A stretch of 62,900 bases of DNA from Candidatus Omnitrophota bacterium (GCA_903843285.1 CAIMPC010000019.1:1-62900); one strand, 5' to 3'. Positions 8,977 through 21,404 are shown, numbered from the stretch's first letter. Program-made: numbers and translations. Notes: generated by a model from the sequence alone, not told the origin.

Positions 8977-9570
8977 ATGAGTATGCTAGTTCCAATGGTA
9001 ATAGAAAGCACCGGCAGGTCGGAGAGAGCTTACGACATATACTCGAGGCTGTTGAAGGACAGGATCATTTTTGTGGGAACGCCGATAGATGATGTGGTGG
9101 CCAATTTAATAATAGCGCAGCTGCTATTTTTACAGATGGAGGCTCCGGAGAAAGATATAAATATGTATATCAACACTCCCGGAGGATCGGTGACGAGCGG
9201 ACTGGCCATATATGACACTATGCAGTTTATAAAGTCGGACGTAAGCACCTATTGTGTAGGACAGGCTTCGAGCATGGGTGCCGTATTATTGGCTGCGGGA
9301 AGGCCCGGAAAGCGCTATGCTCTTCCGCATGCAAGGATAATGATCCATCAACCGTGGGGTGGAGTCCAGGGCCAGGCGACCGATATCAGCATACAGGCGA
9401 CTGAGATATTGAAATTGCGCGCTAAGCTCGAGAAGATACTCGCGTATCACACTAAACAGCCGCTGGAGAAACTCCAGAAGGATACGGAGAGAGATTACTT
9501 CATGTCCTCTGAGGAAGCTAAGATATACGGAATAGTTGACGAAGTTATAACGAATACTTCCAAAAAGTAG
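8977..9570 (+). CDS. clpP: ATP-dependent Clp protease proteolytic subunit
   Basis: 197 aa. Active-site blocks GQASSMGA (Ser) and RIMIHQP (His). GGAGG lies 6 nt upstream of the ATG. Confidence 0.95.
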   Translation: MSMLVPMVIESTGRSERAYDIYSRLLKDRIIFVGTPIDDVVANLIIAQLLFLQMEAPEKDINMYINTPGGSVTSGLAIYDTMQFIKSDVSTYCVGQASSMGAVLLAAGRPGKRYALPHARIMIHQPWGGVQGQATDISIQATEILKLRAKLEKILAYHTKQPLEKLQKDTERDYFMSSEEAKIYGIVDEVITNTSKK

Positions 9571-9599
9571 ATATTACTGCAACGGAAAGGTATTTAATA

Positions 9600-10733
9600 A
9601 TGGCAAAGAATTACCTCATGACGCCCGGCCCGACGCCGGTACCCGAATACATAAGAAATGAGATGGCCAAGCCGATGATCCATCACAGGACTAAGGAGTA
9701 TCAGTCCATATTTAAAGATGCCACCGATGGCTTGAAGAAGATATTTAAGACATCCAATGACATTTATACCTTTACATCGAGCGGCACGGGCGCTATGGAA
9801 GCCTCTGTGGTGAATATCTGCTCACCCGGGGATAAGGTTATCGTAGTGCGGGGTGGAAAGTTCGGAGAGCGTTTCGATGAGATAGCGAAGGCGTATGGCG
9901 TCGAAGTGATTCAGCTGGATGTAGAGTGGGGGGCTTCTCCTAAGGCTTCGGATATTAAAGATTTGCTCGATAAGAATCCGGGTGTAAGGGCAGTCTATAC
10001 TACTCTATGCGAGACATCGACGGCGACAGTCTTCGATATAAAAAGTATAGGCGAGGTAGTCAGGCCGACGAATGCCGTGTACGTGGTAGACGCGATAAGC
10101 GGCCTCGGGGCCGATAAATTTGAGAATGATGCCTGGGGAGTCGACATAGGAGTCTGTGGATCTCAGAAGGGCCTGATGATACCTCCCGGGCTTGCGTTTT
10201 GTTCAGTTAGCCCTAAAGCATGGAAGGCGGCAGAGACCTCAAGATTGCCGAAGTTCTACTTCAATTTTAAGAAGTACAAAAAGGCGATGGATGATACCGA
10301 CACGCCGTTTACGTCAGCGATAACCCTGGTGATAGGTTTGCGTAAAGCTCTCGAAACTATTAATAATAAAGGTATAGATAATGTCACTGCCGAGCATGCG
10401 GCGCAAGCCAATGCGTTCAGGGATGCGATGAAGGCCATCGGACTATCCATATTCTCGAAGTCTCCATCCAATGCGGTTACGGCCGTTAACACGCCTGCCG
10501 GCATGGATGCGGATGCCCTCATTAAGCTTCTTAAGACAGAGTTTGGCGTTACATTTGCACCGGGCCAGGAGAAGCTAAAAGGCAAGATCTTTAGAGCGGC
10601 GCACATGGGCGGCATTGATAAGGAGCATACCATGGAGTCCATTAAGGCCCTTGAGATCGGTTTGACTAAGATGGGGTATAATTTTAACGCCGGAAGCGGT
10701 ATCGATGCTGCCGCCAAGATATTAGGTAAATAG
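9600..10733 (+). CDS. Class V aminotransferase (serine-pyruvate / alanine-glyoxylate / phosphoserine aminotransferase type)
   Basis: 377 aa. MTPGPTPVP at the N-terminus and the PLP-lysine block GSQKGLMIPPGL. Adjacent to serA, so a phosphoserine aminotransferase role is plausible (inference). Confidence 0.8.
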   Translation: MAKNYLMTPGPTPVPEYIRNEMAKPMIHHRTKEYQSIFKDATDGLKKIFKTSNDIYTFTSSGTGAMEASVVNICSPGDKVIVVRGGKFGERFDEIAKAYGVEVIQLDVEWGASPKASDIKDLLDKNPGVRAVYTTLCETSTATVFDIKSIGEVVRPTNAVYVVDAISGLGADKFENDAWGVDIGVCGSQKGLMIPPGLAFCSVSPKAWKAAETSRLPKFYFNFKKYKKAMDDTDTPFTSAITLVIGLRKALETINNKGIDNVTAEHAAQANAFRDAMKAIGLSIFSKSPSNAVTAVNTPAGMDADALIKLLKTEFGVTFAPGQEKLKGKIFRAAHMGGIDKEHTMESIKALEIGLTKMGYNFNAGSGIDAAAKILGK

Positions 10734-10752
10734 TAAATTCAGGAGATATGAG

Positions 10753-12342
10753 ATGGCATATAAAGTTCTGATAAGCGATTCACTCTCCAAGGAAGCGGTT
10801 GAGATCCTGCAGAGAGAGAAAGAATTGGTCGTAGATGTTAACACTAAGCTGACTCCCGAACAGCTAAGGGATGTGATAAAGAATTATGATGCGCTCGTGG
10901 TGAGAAGCGGCACAAAAGTATCGAAGGATATCATCGAGGCCGCGGATAAGCTGAAGATAGTGGGAAGGGCCGGAGTGGGGCTCGATAATGTTGATGTCGA
11001 GGCCGCGTCAAAGAAGGGAGTCATAGTAGTAAACACACCTGCAGGCAATACGATATCTACCGCAGAACATGCGTTTACGATGATGCTGGCATTATCCAGA
11101 AATATCCCGTTAGCCGACTTATCTATGAAGAAGGGCGAGTGGGAGCGTAAGAAATTTATGGGTCACGAGCTTTATGGTAAGACCCTTGGCATAGTAGGGC
11201 TTGGTCGTATTGGCACTGAAGTGGCAAAGCGCGCTCTAAGTTTCGGAATGAAGGTGCTTGCCTACGATCCGTATCTGTCAATGGAGAGAGCCAAAGATCT
11301 CGGGATGGAACCGGCGGATCTCGACACTTTGTTTAAGAATGCGGATTACATTACGGTGCATACGCCACTAACGGTCCAGACAAACCACTTAATTTCCGAT
11401 AAACAGTTCGATGTGATGAAAAAGAATGTGCGATTGATTAATTGTGCCAGAGGCGGGATCATAGACGAGGCCGCGCTTGTCAGAGCTATAGAATCTGGTA
11501 AAGTTGCCGGCGCAGCTCTGGATGTCTATGAAGAGGAGCCTCCGCAGAAAGATAGCAAACTTCTGACGCTTGATAAGCTGGTCCTGACGCCGCATCTTGG
11601 GGCCTCTACAGAGGAAGCCCAGGCGAATGTTGCCATAGAGGTTGCCAATACGGTGCGCGATTATTTGATAAGCGGCTGTATTCGTAACGCAGTCAATGTG
11701 CCATGCGTGGAACCCGAGATGTTCAAGGTTATAGATCCGTATCTTAAACTTGCGGACAAGATGGGATCTATGCAGGCTCAGCTTGTCGAAGGCCACATTA
11801 AGAAAGTTAAGATAAGATACGTAGGAGATATATTAAAATACGATCTCTCGCCGTTCACGTTATCTATTATCAAAGGGCTGCTAACACCAATATTGCAGGA
11901 GACGGTGAATTTTGTTAACTCCATGGTTATAGCCAAAGAGCGTGGAATCAATGTAGTGGAAACGAAGACTGCCGAGGTTCAGGACTTCGCCAGTCTTATT
12001 ATAGTTGAAGTAGAGACGGATAAGATGAAGAGCTCTCTTATAGGGACTCTCTTCACTAAGGTTCATCCGAGGATCGTGAAGATAGACGACTCATACGTCG
12101 ATGCAGTTCCCGATGGCTATATGCTGGTTACGAGCAATAAGGATGTCCCCGGTATCATCGGCCAGATAGGCACAATACTCGGAAAAAATGGTGTCAACAT
12201 AGCCGGGATGTCGTTCGGTCGTGAGGTTAAGGGCGGTAAGGCCGTAAGTATACTTAATATAGACAGTGATGTACCGAATAGCGTGTTGGAAGAGATAAGA
12301 AAATCACCTAACATCTACGGCGTGAAGCTGGTTAAAGTGTAA
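10753..12342 (+). CDS. serA: D-3-phosphoglycerate dehydrogenase (long form with C-terminal ACT domain)
   Basis: 529 aa. NAD-binding GIVGLGRIGTEVA, the 2-hydroxyacid dehydrogenase catalytic region, and a C-terminal ACT-like region. Confidence 0.9.
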   Translation: MAYKVLISDSLSKEAVEILQREKELVVDVNTKLTPEQLRDVIKNYDALVVRSGTKVSKDIIEAADKLKIVGRAGVGLDNVDVEAASKKGVIVVNTPAGNTISTAEHAFTMMLALSRNIPLADLSMKKGEWERKKFMGHELYGKTLGIVGLGRIGTEVAKRALSFGMKVLAYDPYLSMERAKDLGMEPADLDTLFKNADYITVHTPLTVQTNHLISDKQFDVMKKNVRLINCARGGIIDEAALVRAIESGKVAGAALDVYEEEPPQKDSKLLTLDKLVLTPHLGASTEEAQANVAIEVANTVRDYLISGCIRNAVNVPCVEPEMFKVIDPYLKLADKMGSMQAQLVEGHIKKVKIRYVGDILKYDLSPFTLSIIKGLLTPILQETVNFVNSMVIAKERGINVVETKTAEVQDFASLIIVEVETDKMKSSLIGTLFTKVHPRIVKIDDSYVDAVPDGYMLVTSNKDVPGIIGQIGTILGKNGVNIAGMSFGREVKGGKAVSILNIDSDVPNSVLEEIRKSPNIYGVKLVKV

Positions 12343-12384
12343 ACAGAGGTAGATCGACATAAAAGATGGTCTATTCTATGTATA

Positions 12385-13647
12385 ATGAGTGAGGGAGAAT
12401 GTAAGGTTATGACAAAACAAAAGAAGATTTATATTGTAGATGTCACAAATAGAGATGGTGTCCAAACGTCAAGGCTTGGCTTGGCAAAGCTTCAAAAGAC
12501 GATGATCAATATGTATCTGAACGAGATGGGCGTTTCCCAGTCTGAGTTCGGGTTTCCGGTGACTCACCACGAGACAAATTATCTTAATGCAAACCTTGAA
12601 CTTGCCAGGACCGGGGTGCTTAAGCCTATAGTGTTGAGCGGGTGGATAAGGGCGATCAAGCAGGATGTTGAAAAAGCTTGCAAGATGACCAAGGTTGAGA
12701 ATATGAACCTATCTATATCCACATCCGAGCAGATGATAAGCGGGAAGTTCCAGGGAAAGTATACAAAAGAAGATGTGATTAAGGAGATGGTCGAGGCCGT
12801 CTATGTCGCACGTAAATATGGGATAAAGATACTTGGAGTTAATGCCGAAGATGCATCCAGAACACATCTCGATTACCTGATAAAGTTTTCTCGCGCGGCA
12901 AAGAAGGCCGGTGCGGACAGGATAAGATATTGCGATACTCTCGGCTACGATGATCCATTCACCATCTATAGCAGGGTAAAGATTCTTGCCGAAGAGGTGA
13001 AGTTGCCGATAGAGCTTCATTGCCACAATGACCTTGGTATGGTGATAGCAGTTTCATTGGCCGGAGCCAAAGGCGCAATAGATGGTGGAGTCGATGCGTA
13101 TATTAATACCACAGTAAACGGCATGGGTGAAAGGGCTGGCAATGCGGATTTGGTTAGCACGATACTCGCGATAAAGTATTCGAGCGGTTTTGCGGGGCGC
13201 TACATACTCGACGAGCGTATTAAATTGAATCATGCGTGGAAGATCTCTAAGTATGCTTCTTACGCGTTCGGAGTTCCCATACCTATTAATCAGCCAGGCG
13301 TAGGATCGAACGCGTTTGCTCATGAATCAGGCATACATGCCGACGGAGCGATTAAAAACAGGCGAAACTACGAACTATATGACTTTGAGGAACTAGGACG
13401 GGGTGAGCCGGAGATCATAGAGACGGGGAGACAGATCACCGCCGGTGAATATAGCGGCATAAAGGGCTTCAGGAACGTTTATGACAAACTTGAGATTAAA
13501 TTCAAGGACGACAAGGATGCGACTAAGATATTAGAGCTCGTGAGATATGCAAACGTCCATACCCAGAAGCCCCTTACGCAGGATGAGCTTTTATTTATTG
13601 CAAAGTATCCGGAGATAGCGCGTAAGATATTTACGATGACGCCATAA
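12385..13647 (+). CDS. Homocitrate synthase / isopropylmalate synthase / Re-citrate synthase family (HMGL-like) enzyme lacking a LeuA regulatory domain
   Basis: Motifs VDVTNRDGVQ, HCHNDLGM, NGMGERAGNA and HESGIH. The start could also be the ATG at 12409. Confidence 0.8.
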   Translation: MSEGECKVMTKQKKIYIVDVTNRDGVQTSRLGLAKLQKTMINMYLNEMGVSQSEFGFPVTHHETNYLNANLELARTGVLKPIVLSGWIRAIKQDVEKACKMTKVENMNLSISTSEQMISGKFQGKYTKEDVIKEMVEAVYVARKYGIKILGVNAEDASRTHLDYLIKFSRAAKKAGADRIRYCDTLGYDDPFTIYSRVKILAEEVKLPIELHCHNDLGMVIAVSLAGAKGAIDGGVDAYINTTVNGMGERAGNADLVSTILAIKYSSGFAGRYILDERIKLNHAWKISKYASYAFGVPIPINQPGVGSNAFAHESGIHADGAIKNRRNYELYDFEELGRGEPEIIETGRQITAGEYSGIKGFRNVYDKLEIKFKDDKDATKILELVRYANVHTQKPLTQDELLFIAKYPEIARKIFTMTP

Positions 13648-13662
13648 AAAAAAGGAGCGCAA

Positions 13663-15547
<1,885 letters not shown>

Positions 15548-15549
15548 AT

Positions 15550-17661
15550 ATGCATCTGGATCTCTTGATCCTTGCTCCTATGGGTTCGATCTTTGCTATT
15601 GCCTTTGCCGGATACCTTGCTATGAAGATAATGAAAAATAGCGAGGGTACCGGCGACATGATAAGTATTGCCGAGGCGGTCAGGGAGGGATCCTACGCCT
15701 ATCTTAAGAGGCAGTATGCGGGAGTCGCGATCTTCTTCGGCGTGATGTTCCTCGTCCTGATGGCGCTTGCACTTTACGGAAAACTTCCCATATTTGTTCC
15801 TTTCGCGTTTTTGACCGGAGGTTTCTTTTCAGGCCTTTCGGGCTTCATAGGTATGTCGATCTCTACCAGGTCCAGCGCCCGAACCGCTTATGCCGCACAA
15901 TCAAGTCTAAATGCCGCCTTAAATATTGCGTTCTCCTCCGGCGCTGTCATGGGCCTGATAGTCGTAGGCCTGGGCCTCTTAGATCTATCTATATGGTATT
16001 ACCTTTTAAATTGGTGGTACTCCGGCCACGCCGCCCCTTATGGTATGGATAAGCTCGGCGCAATAACCTCCACTATGCTATGTTTCGGAATGGGAGCGAG
16101 CTCGCAAGCGCTCTTCGCCAGGGTAGGGGGAGGAATATTCACGAAAGCCGCAGATGTGGGAGCCGATCTCGTGGGAAAAATTGAAGCGGGGATACCGGAG
16201 GATGATCCGAGAAATCCCGCAGTTATAGCCGATAATGTCGGTGATAACGTCGGAGACGTTGCCGGTATGGGGGCCGACTTGTATGAGTCCTATGTAGGAT
16301 CTATAGTTGCTACATCTGCGCTGGGCGTAGCGGCCTTCGGATCTTTGGGTCTGGGATTGCAATCGGTGACGATACCTATGGTCATGGCCGCGGTAGGGGT
16401 TGTGGCATCTGTTATTGGGACGTTCTTTGTGAAGACGGAAGAGAAGGCCGACCAGGGAGCCCTGTTAAAGGCCCTGAGGCGTGGAGTATTCTCAAGCTCT
16501 ATTATAGTAGCCATAATGTCATTCTTTGTAGTCAAATATAATCTTGGAATGCAATATATCGGAGTCTATTGGGCGGTGCTGTCCGGTCTGGCGGCAGGAG
16601 TCCTGATCGGTCTTTCGACGGAATTTTTTACATCAACTAAATACAAGCCCACGCGTGACGTTGCCGCGGCATCTCTCACAGGGCCGGCCACCGTTATAAT
16701 AAGCGGGATGTCGGTAGGCATGTTATCTACCGCGGTTCCGGTCATTGTCGTATCTATCGCAATAATGGTGAGCTACTATCTTTCAGGCGGTGCGGCAAAC
16801 GCTAATATGGGGCTATATGGGGTCGCTATTTCCGCAGTCGGCATGCTATCGACGCTCGGCATTACACTTGCGACGGATGCTTACGGTCCGGTCGCTGATA
16901 ATGCCGGTGGGAATGCGGAGATGACGCATCAGCCCAAAGAGATAAGGCAGAGGACGGATGCCCTCGATGCCCTGGGGAACACGACGGCCGCTACCGGCAA
17001 GGGTTTTGCCATTGGGAGCGCCGCCTTGACGGCGCTTGCGCTCATAGCGGCATATAGAGACCAGATACTTATTATGGGTGGTAAGATAGACCTCTCGATG
17101 ATGAATCCGAGAACTCTTACAGGGCTCTTAATAGGCGGCATGCTTCCGTTCGTATTTTGCTCGCTGACTATGAGCGCTGTCGGAAGGACCGCCGGTGCGA
17201 TAGTGATCGAAGTCAGGAGGCAATTTAAAGAGATTTCAGGGATTATGGAAGGCAGGACAAAACCCGATTATGCAAGATGCGTCCGTATAGTCACTGCAGC
17301 AGCTCAAAAGGAAATGATTCTGCCGTCGCTGATGGCGATCGTTGCGCCCATTGCGGTTGGTATCCTTGCAGGGGTAGATAGCGTTACCGGGATGTTAGTC
17401 GGCGCCACAGTATCCGGATTCGTGCTGGCCATAATGATGGCGAATTCAGGCGGAGCCTGGGACAACGCCAAAAAATATATTGAAGAGGGTAATTTTGGCG
17501 GTAAGGGCTCAGTGGCGCATAAAGCCGGAGTTGTGGGAGATACCGTAGGAGATCCGTTCAAAGACACGTCGGGTCCGAGCCTTAATATATTGATAAAACT
17601 GATGTCGATGGTTTCGATAGTCTTTGCATCGTTTATTATAAGCTTCACACTGATAAAATAG
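15550..17661 (+). CDS. hppA: Membrane-bound ion-translocating pyrophosphatase
   Basis: 703 aa, polytopic. Motifs GDNVGDVAGMGADL, GNTTAATGKGFAIGSAA and DTVGDPFKDTSGPSLNILIK. The Ala in GNTTAA is the position associated with K+-dependent subtypes. Confidence 0.93.
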   Translation: MHLDLLILAPMGSIFAIAFAGYLAMKIMKNSEGTGDMISIAEAVREGSYAYLKRQYAGVAIFFGVMFLVLMALALYGKLPIFVPFAFLTGGFFSGLSGFIGMSISTRSSARTAYAAQSSLNAALNIAFSSGAVMGLIVVGLGLLDLSIWYYLLNWWYSGHAAPYGMDKLGAITSTMLCFGMGASSQALFARVGGGIFTKAADVGADLVGKIEAGIPEDDPRNPAVIADNVGDNVGDVAGMGADLYESYVGSIVATSALGVAAFGSLGLGLQSVTIPMVMAAVGVVASVIGTFFVKTEEKADQGALLKALRRGVFSSSIIVAIMSFFVVKYNLGMQYIGVYWAVLSGLAAGVLIGLSTEFFTSTKYKPTRDVAAASLTGPATVIISGMSVGMLSTAVPVIVVSIAIMVSYYLSGGAANANMGLYGVAISAVGMLSTLGITLATDAYGPVADNAGGNAEMTHQPKEIRQRTDALDALGNTTAATGKGFAIGSAALTALALIAAYRDQILIMGGKIDLSMMNPRTLTGLLIGGMLPFVFCSLTMSAVGRTAGAIVIEVRRQFKEISGIMEGRTKPDYARCVRIVTAAAQKEMILPSLMAIVAPIAVGILAGVDSVTGMLVGATVSGFVLAIMMANSGGAWDNAKKYIEEGNFGGKGSVAHKAGVVGDTVGDPFKDTSGPSLNILIKLMSMVSIVFASFIISFTLIK

Positions 17662-18369
17662 ATGAACGCCGAGAAGAGCATCCCCCAGCATATCGCGATA
17701 ATAATGGATGGCAACGGCCGATGGGCTGCGAAAAGAGGTCTGCCGAAGATAGCCGGCCATCGCGCGGGCGTAAAGGCGGCGGAGGCCGCCGTATATGCCG
17801 CTGCCGATATCGGAGTAAAAGTCCTAACTCTCTATACATTCTCCACCGAAAATTGGAAAAGGCCGAAAGAGGAAGTCTCGGGGTTATTTGACCTGTTAGA
17901 TCATTATCTGGTCAGCCAGGGCGATAAACTACATAAGAATAATGTAAGATTTCAGGTGATCGGGCGCTCCTCAGAACTGCCGGATTCATTAAGAAAGAAG
18001 ATAGAGGTCGAGATAGTGAAGACCAGGAATAATTCAGGGCTAATATTGAACCTTGCGATAAATTACGGGGGAAGGCCGGAAATAGTGGACGCTGTCAGGG
18101 GTATAGTGAGAGATGTCGTATCGGGTAAGATAGATGTCACCGCCGTCGATGAGACGCTCTTCCCTGGTTATCTATATACGGCAGGCCTGCCGGATCCCGA
18201 CCTTGTCATAAGGACTTCCGGAGAGCTAAGGGTTTCGAATTTTCTGCTCTGGCAGATCGCATATTCCGAGATATCTGTAGTCGAAAAATTGTGGCCCGAT
18301 TTCACGAAGGAAGATCTCGTGAGGTGCGTTAATGATTATCGGTCACGAGACAGGCGGTACGGTGGATAA
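17662..18369 (+). CDS. uppS: Undecaprenyl diphosphate synthase
   Basis: Motifs HIAIIMDGNGRWA and IRTSGELRVSNFLLWQIAYSE. The start abuts the hppA stop. Confidence 0.93.
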   Translation: MNAEKSIPQHIAIIMDGNGRWAAKRGLPKIAGHRAGVKAAEAAVYAAADIGVKVLTLYTFSTENWKRPKEEVSGLFDLLDHYLVSQGDKLHKNNVRFQVIGRSSELPDSLRKKIEVEIVKTRNNSGLILNLAINYGGRPEIVDAVRGIVRDVVSGKIDVTAVDETLFPGYLYTAGLPDPDLVIRTSGELRVSNFLLWQIAYSEISVVEKLWPDFTKEDLVRCVNDYRSRDRRYGG

Positions 18370-19186
18370 TCGATCGCTTACCAATAGGATACTCACCAGC
18401 GTATTAGTTATTACGCTGGTCGTGCTTGTCATATTCTTTTCCCCGAACTGGGTATTCACGCTTCTCGCATCATTGATGATAGGCCTTGCGCTAAAGGAAT
18501 TCTTCACCCTTGCCGAAAAAAAGAATTTGTATGTCTATAAATATTTCGGCATCAGCATCGGCATGCTAATTCCGATAATAATATATTTTCAGAAGGGAAT
18601 GGAGGGATACTTTACTCTCGAACCTTTTATAATAGTGATAGCTTGCCTCTTCATATTTGTCCTGCAGTTCACGCGCCGCGACAGCTCCCAGGCGCTTGCC
18701 AGTGTGGCTGTAACGCTATTTGGCGTATTGTATATAGCATGGTTATTTTCATTCTTCATTCAGCTGAAGTTTATGCCGCAGGGGGCCTTCCTGGTATCAT
18801 TTGTTATATTGGTTACGAAGATGGGGGATGTCGGCGCATACTTAGTCGGAAGCCTGATCGGTAAACACAGCCTTATACTGAGGATAAGCCCGAATAAGAC
18901 GGTGGAAGGAATGCTGGGTGGACTTATATTCAGTATTTTAAGCGCGGTATTAAGTAAATACTATCTGCCGAGTTTTCCTATAGGGCACCTCATAGTGCTT
19001 GGACTATTTTTAGGTGTGCTTGCGCAGGTCGGAGACCTTGCCGAATCGCTCCTTAAGAGGGACTGCGGAGTTAAGGATTCCGGCGCTATACTTCCCGGAT
19101 TCGGCGGGATGTTCGATCTTATCGACAGCCTTTTATTTACCGCGCCTATATTCTATTTTTACGTGGAAGTGATGATGAAACGATGA
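18332..19186 (+). CDS. cdsA: Phosphatidate cytidylyltransferase
   Basis: Multi-TM protein. CTP-transferase signature SLLKRDCGVKDSGAILPGFGGMFDLIDS. The start is uncertain: ATG 18332 or in-frame GTG 18362, both overlapping the uppS end. Confidence 0.88.
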   Translation: MIIGHETGGTVDNRSLTNRILTSVLVITLVVLVIFFSPNWVFTLLASLMIGLALKEFFTLAEKKNLYVYKYFGISIGMLIPIIIYFQKGMEGYFTLEPFIIVIACLFIFVLQFTRRDSSQALASVAVTLFGVLYIAWLFSFFIQLKFMPQGAFLVSFVILVTKMGDVGAYLVGSLIGKHSLILRISPNKTVEGMLGGLIFSILSAVLSKYYLPSFPIGHLIVLGLFLGVLAQVGDLAESLLKRDCGVKDSGAILPGFGGMFDLIDSLLFTAPIFYFYVEVMMKR

Positions 19187-20331
19187 AGAACGTAGCTGTA
19201 TTAGGATCCACAGGGTCCATAGGCGTTAATGCGCTGGATGTTATCTCCCGTCTGCATGGCAGATTTAATATAGTCGCGTTAAGCGCTCTCTCCAATATAG
19301 ATATTCTCGCTAAGCAGTCCAATCTGGTGCGTCCGAAGATAGTGTGCGTCGGAGATGAGGCTCTTGCGCGTAAGGCAAAGAGCGCTATGCCGGCTGGCAC
19401 CCGTATTGTCCACGGGCTTATGGGATTGCGGGAGATAGTTGTCAGGCGCGATGTGGATATGGTCATATTTGCTGTAAGCGGCACGGCCTGCCTGGTGCCG
19501 CTTCTGGATGCCATAGAGAATAGGAAAGGTATCGCCCTGGCCAATAAGGAAGCGCTTGTGAGCGCCGGGCCGATAGTCATGTCATTGGCGCATAAGAACG
19601 GAGTTAATATAATTCCTATAGATAGCGAGCATAGCGCGATATTTCAGTGCATAAACGGCAGATCCGAAAATGTCGCTAAGATATATCTGACAGGATCGGG
19701 TGGTCCGTTACTCGATGTGAAGAGGGAGAAGTTTGATTCCATTCCCGCAAAACTTATTCTGAAACATCCACGATGGCGCATGGGGAAGAAGATCACGGTG
19801 GACTCCGCCACGATGATGAATAAAGGGCTTGAGATAATAGAGGCTAAGCACCTGTTCAGTATCGACGAAAATTTAATAGATGTTATAGTTCATCCCGAAG
19901 CTATAGTTCATTCGATGGTGGAATTCAAAGATGCCGCCATAATAGCGCAATTGGGTGTGCCGGATATGAGGCTTCCCATAGAATATGCGCTCACTTTCCC
20001 GCATCGCGCGGATGCGATAGTGAAGAGAGTTGACTTCGTTAAGGTAGGTTCGCTGACCTTCCGCAAGCCCGACCTGAAGAAGTTTCCATGTCTTGGACTT
20101 GCAAGGGCCGCCGCCTGCGCTGATGGCCTGGCGCCGGCCGTATTGTGCGCGTCGGATGAGGAGGCCGTGAAGAGTTATCTGGACGGAGAGATTAAATTTT
20201 CGGACATACCCAGGATCATAGAAAAGGTCCTGACGCTTCATAAAAACGTTAGGGGTTCTTTTTCAATAAATGATGTGCTGGGCGCTGATGCCTGGGCGAG
20301 AGAGGAGACTAAGAGGCTGTGTTATCATTAA
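19183..20331 (+). CDS. dxr: 1-deoxy-D-xylulose 5-phosphate reductoisomerase
   Basis: 382 aa. VLGSTGSIG NADPH-binding motif, IDSEHSAIFQC and NKGLEIIEA blocks. ATGA overlap with cdsA. Confidence 0.93.
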   Translation: MKNVAVLGSTGSIGVNALDVISRLHGRFNIVALSALSNIDILAKQSNLVRPKIVCVGDEALARKAKSAMPAGTRIVHGLMGLREIVVRRDVDMVIFAVSGTACLVPLLDAIENRKGIALANKEALVSAGPIVMSLAHKNGVNIIPIDSEHSAIFQCINGRSENVAKIYLTGSGGPLLDVKREKFDSIPAKLILKHPRWRMGKKITVDSATMMNKGLEIIEAKHLFSIDENLIDVIVHPEAIVHSMVEFKDAAIIAQLGVPDMRLPIEYALTFPHRADAIVKRVDFVKVGSLTFRKPDLKKFPCLGLARAAACADGLAPAVLCASDEEAVKSYLDGEIKFSDIPRIIEKVLTLHKNVRGSFSINDVLGADAWAREETKRLCYH

Positions 20332-21404
20332 TATCGTTCTTAATTGTTCTGAGCGTGCTCGTTATCGTTCACGAATTTGGCCATTTTATTACCGCAAAAC
20401 GGCTCGGCGTTCGCGTCGAGAAGTTCTCTTTTGGTTTCGGGCCTAAGTTATTTTCCATAAAAAGGGGCGATACCGAATATATGGTTTCGGCCATACCTCT
20501 GGGCGGATACGTTAAGATGGGCGGCGATGAACCATGGGAGAAACTCTCAGGGGCGAAGTGGGAGTTTTTATCACGCAGTGTCGGCGATAGGTTTAAAATT
20601 ATTTTCGCAGGCCCGTTATTAAATTATGTGCTTGCGTTCCTGATATTCTCGGTCATATTCATGTTCGGCAGTCCTACTATGACTACGGAGATAGGCGGCC
20701 TTATGAAAGACTATCCGGCTTCAGCTCAGGGATTAATGGTTGGAGATAAGATAAAGGCTGTGGATGGCCACAGTGTGAAGTATTGGGAGGATATGACGGA
20801 GCTAATACATAAGCATACGGAAGGGCCTATGATGCTTACCGTAGACCGGAGCGGTAAAGCATTTGATAAGGAGATAGCCCCCACTGTCCGTAAGACGAAA
20901 GATATATTCGGAACCGAAGTAAAGATAGCGTTGATCGGCATAACACCGTCGCAGACTATAGAGAGCGTTAAGTACGGATTTGTCAAGTCTCTCTGTATGG
21001 GCGGCAATAAATTGATCCAGTTAACAGCGGTTACATACAAGGCGCTGTGGTGCATTATAACGGGCAGGCTCTCAGTAAAAGAATCGCTTACCGGACCGAT
21101 AGGCATATTCGTCGTGACGGGACAGGCCGCGAAGATGGGGTTTATATATATACTGCATCTGATGGGCATACTCAGCGCATCGCTGGCTATGTTCAACATC
21201 CTGCCGTTCCCGATACTGGACGGCGGACACATTCTGTTTTTAGGAATCGAGAAGCTCCGCGGCAAGCCGTTATCCGTTAAGGCCCAGGAGGCCATCGCGA
21301 ATGTCGGGGTAACGCTCCTTATACTACTAACCGTATTCATTTTTTACAGCGATATCATAAAGTTTGGCGTTATGGGCAAGGTGGCAAAGATCTTTCACCG
21401 GTAG
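20319..21404 (+). CDS. rseP: Site-2 (M50) intramembrane zinc metalloprotease RseP/RasP
   Basis: HEFGHF in the first TM, a PDZ-like middle region, and the NILPFPILDGGH motif. GTG start overlapping the dxr end. Confidence 0.9.
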   Translation: MLSLISFLIVLSVLVIVHEFGHFITAKRLGVRVEKFSFGFGPKLFSIKRGDTEYMVSAIPLGGYVKMGGDEPWEKLSGAKWEFLSRSVGDRFKIIFAGPLLNYVLAFLIFSVIFMFGSPTMTTEIGGLMKDYPASAQGLMVGDKIKAVDGHSVKYWEDMTELIHKHTEGPMMLTVDRSGKAFDKEIAPTVRKTKDIFGTEVKIALIGITPSQTIESVKYGFVKSLCMGGNKLIQLTAVTYKALWCIITGRLSVKESLTGPIGIFVVTGQAAKMGFIYILHLMGILSASLAMFNILPFPILDGGHILFLGIEKLRGKPLSVKAQEAIANVGVTLLILLTVFIFYSDIIKFGVMGKVAKIFHR

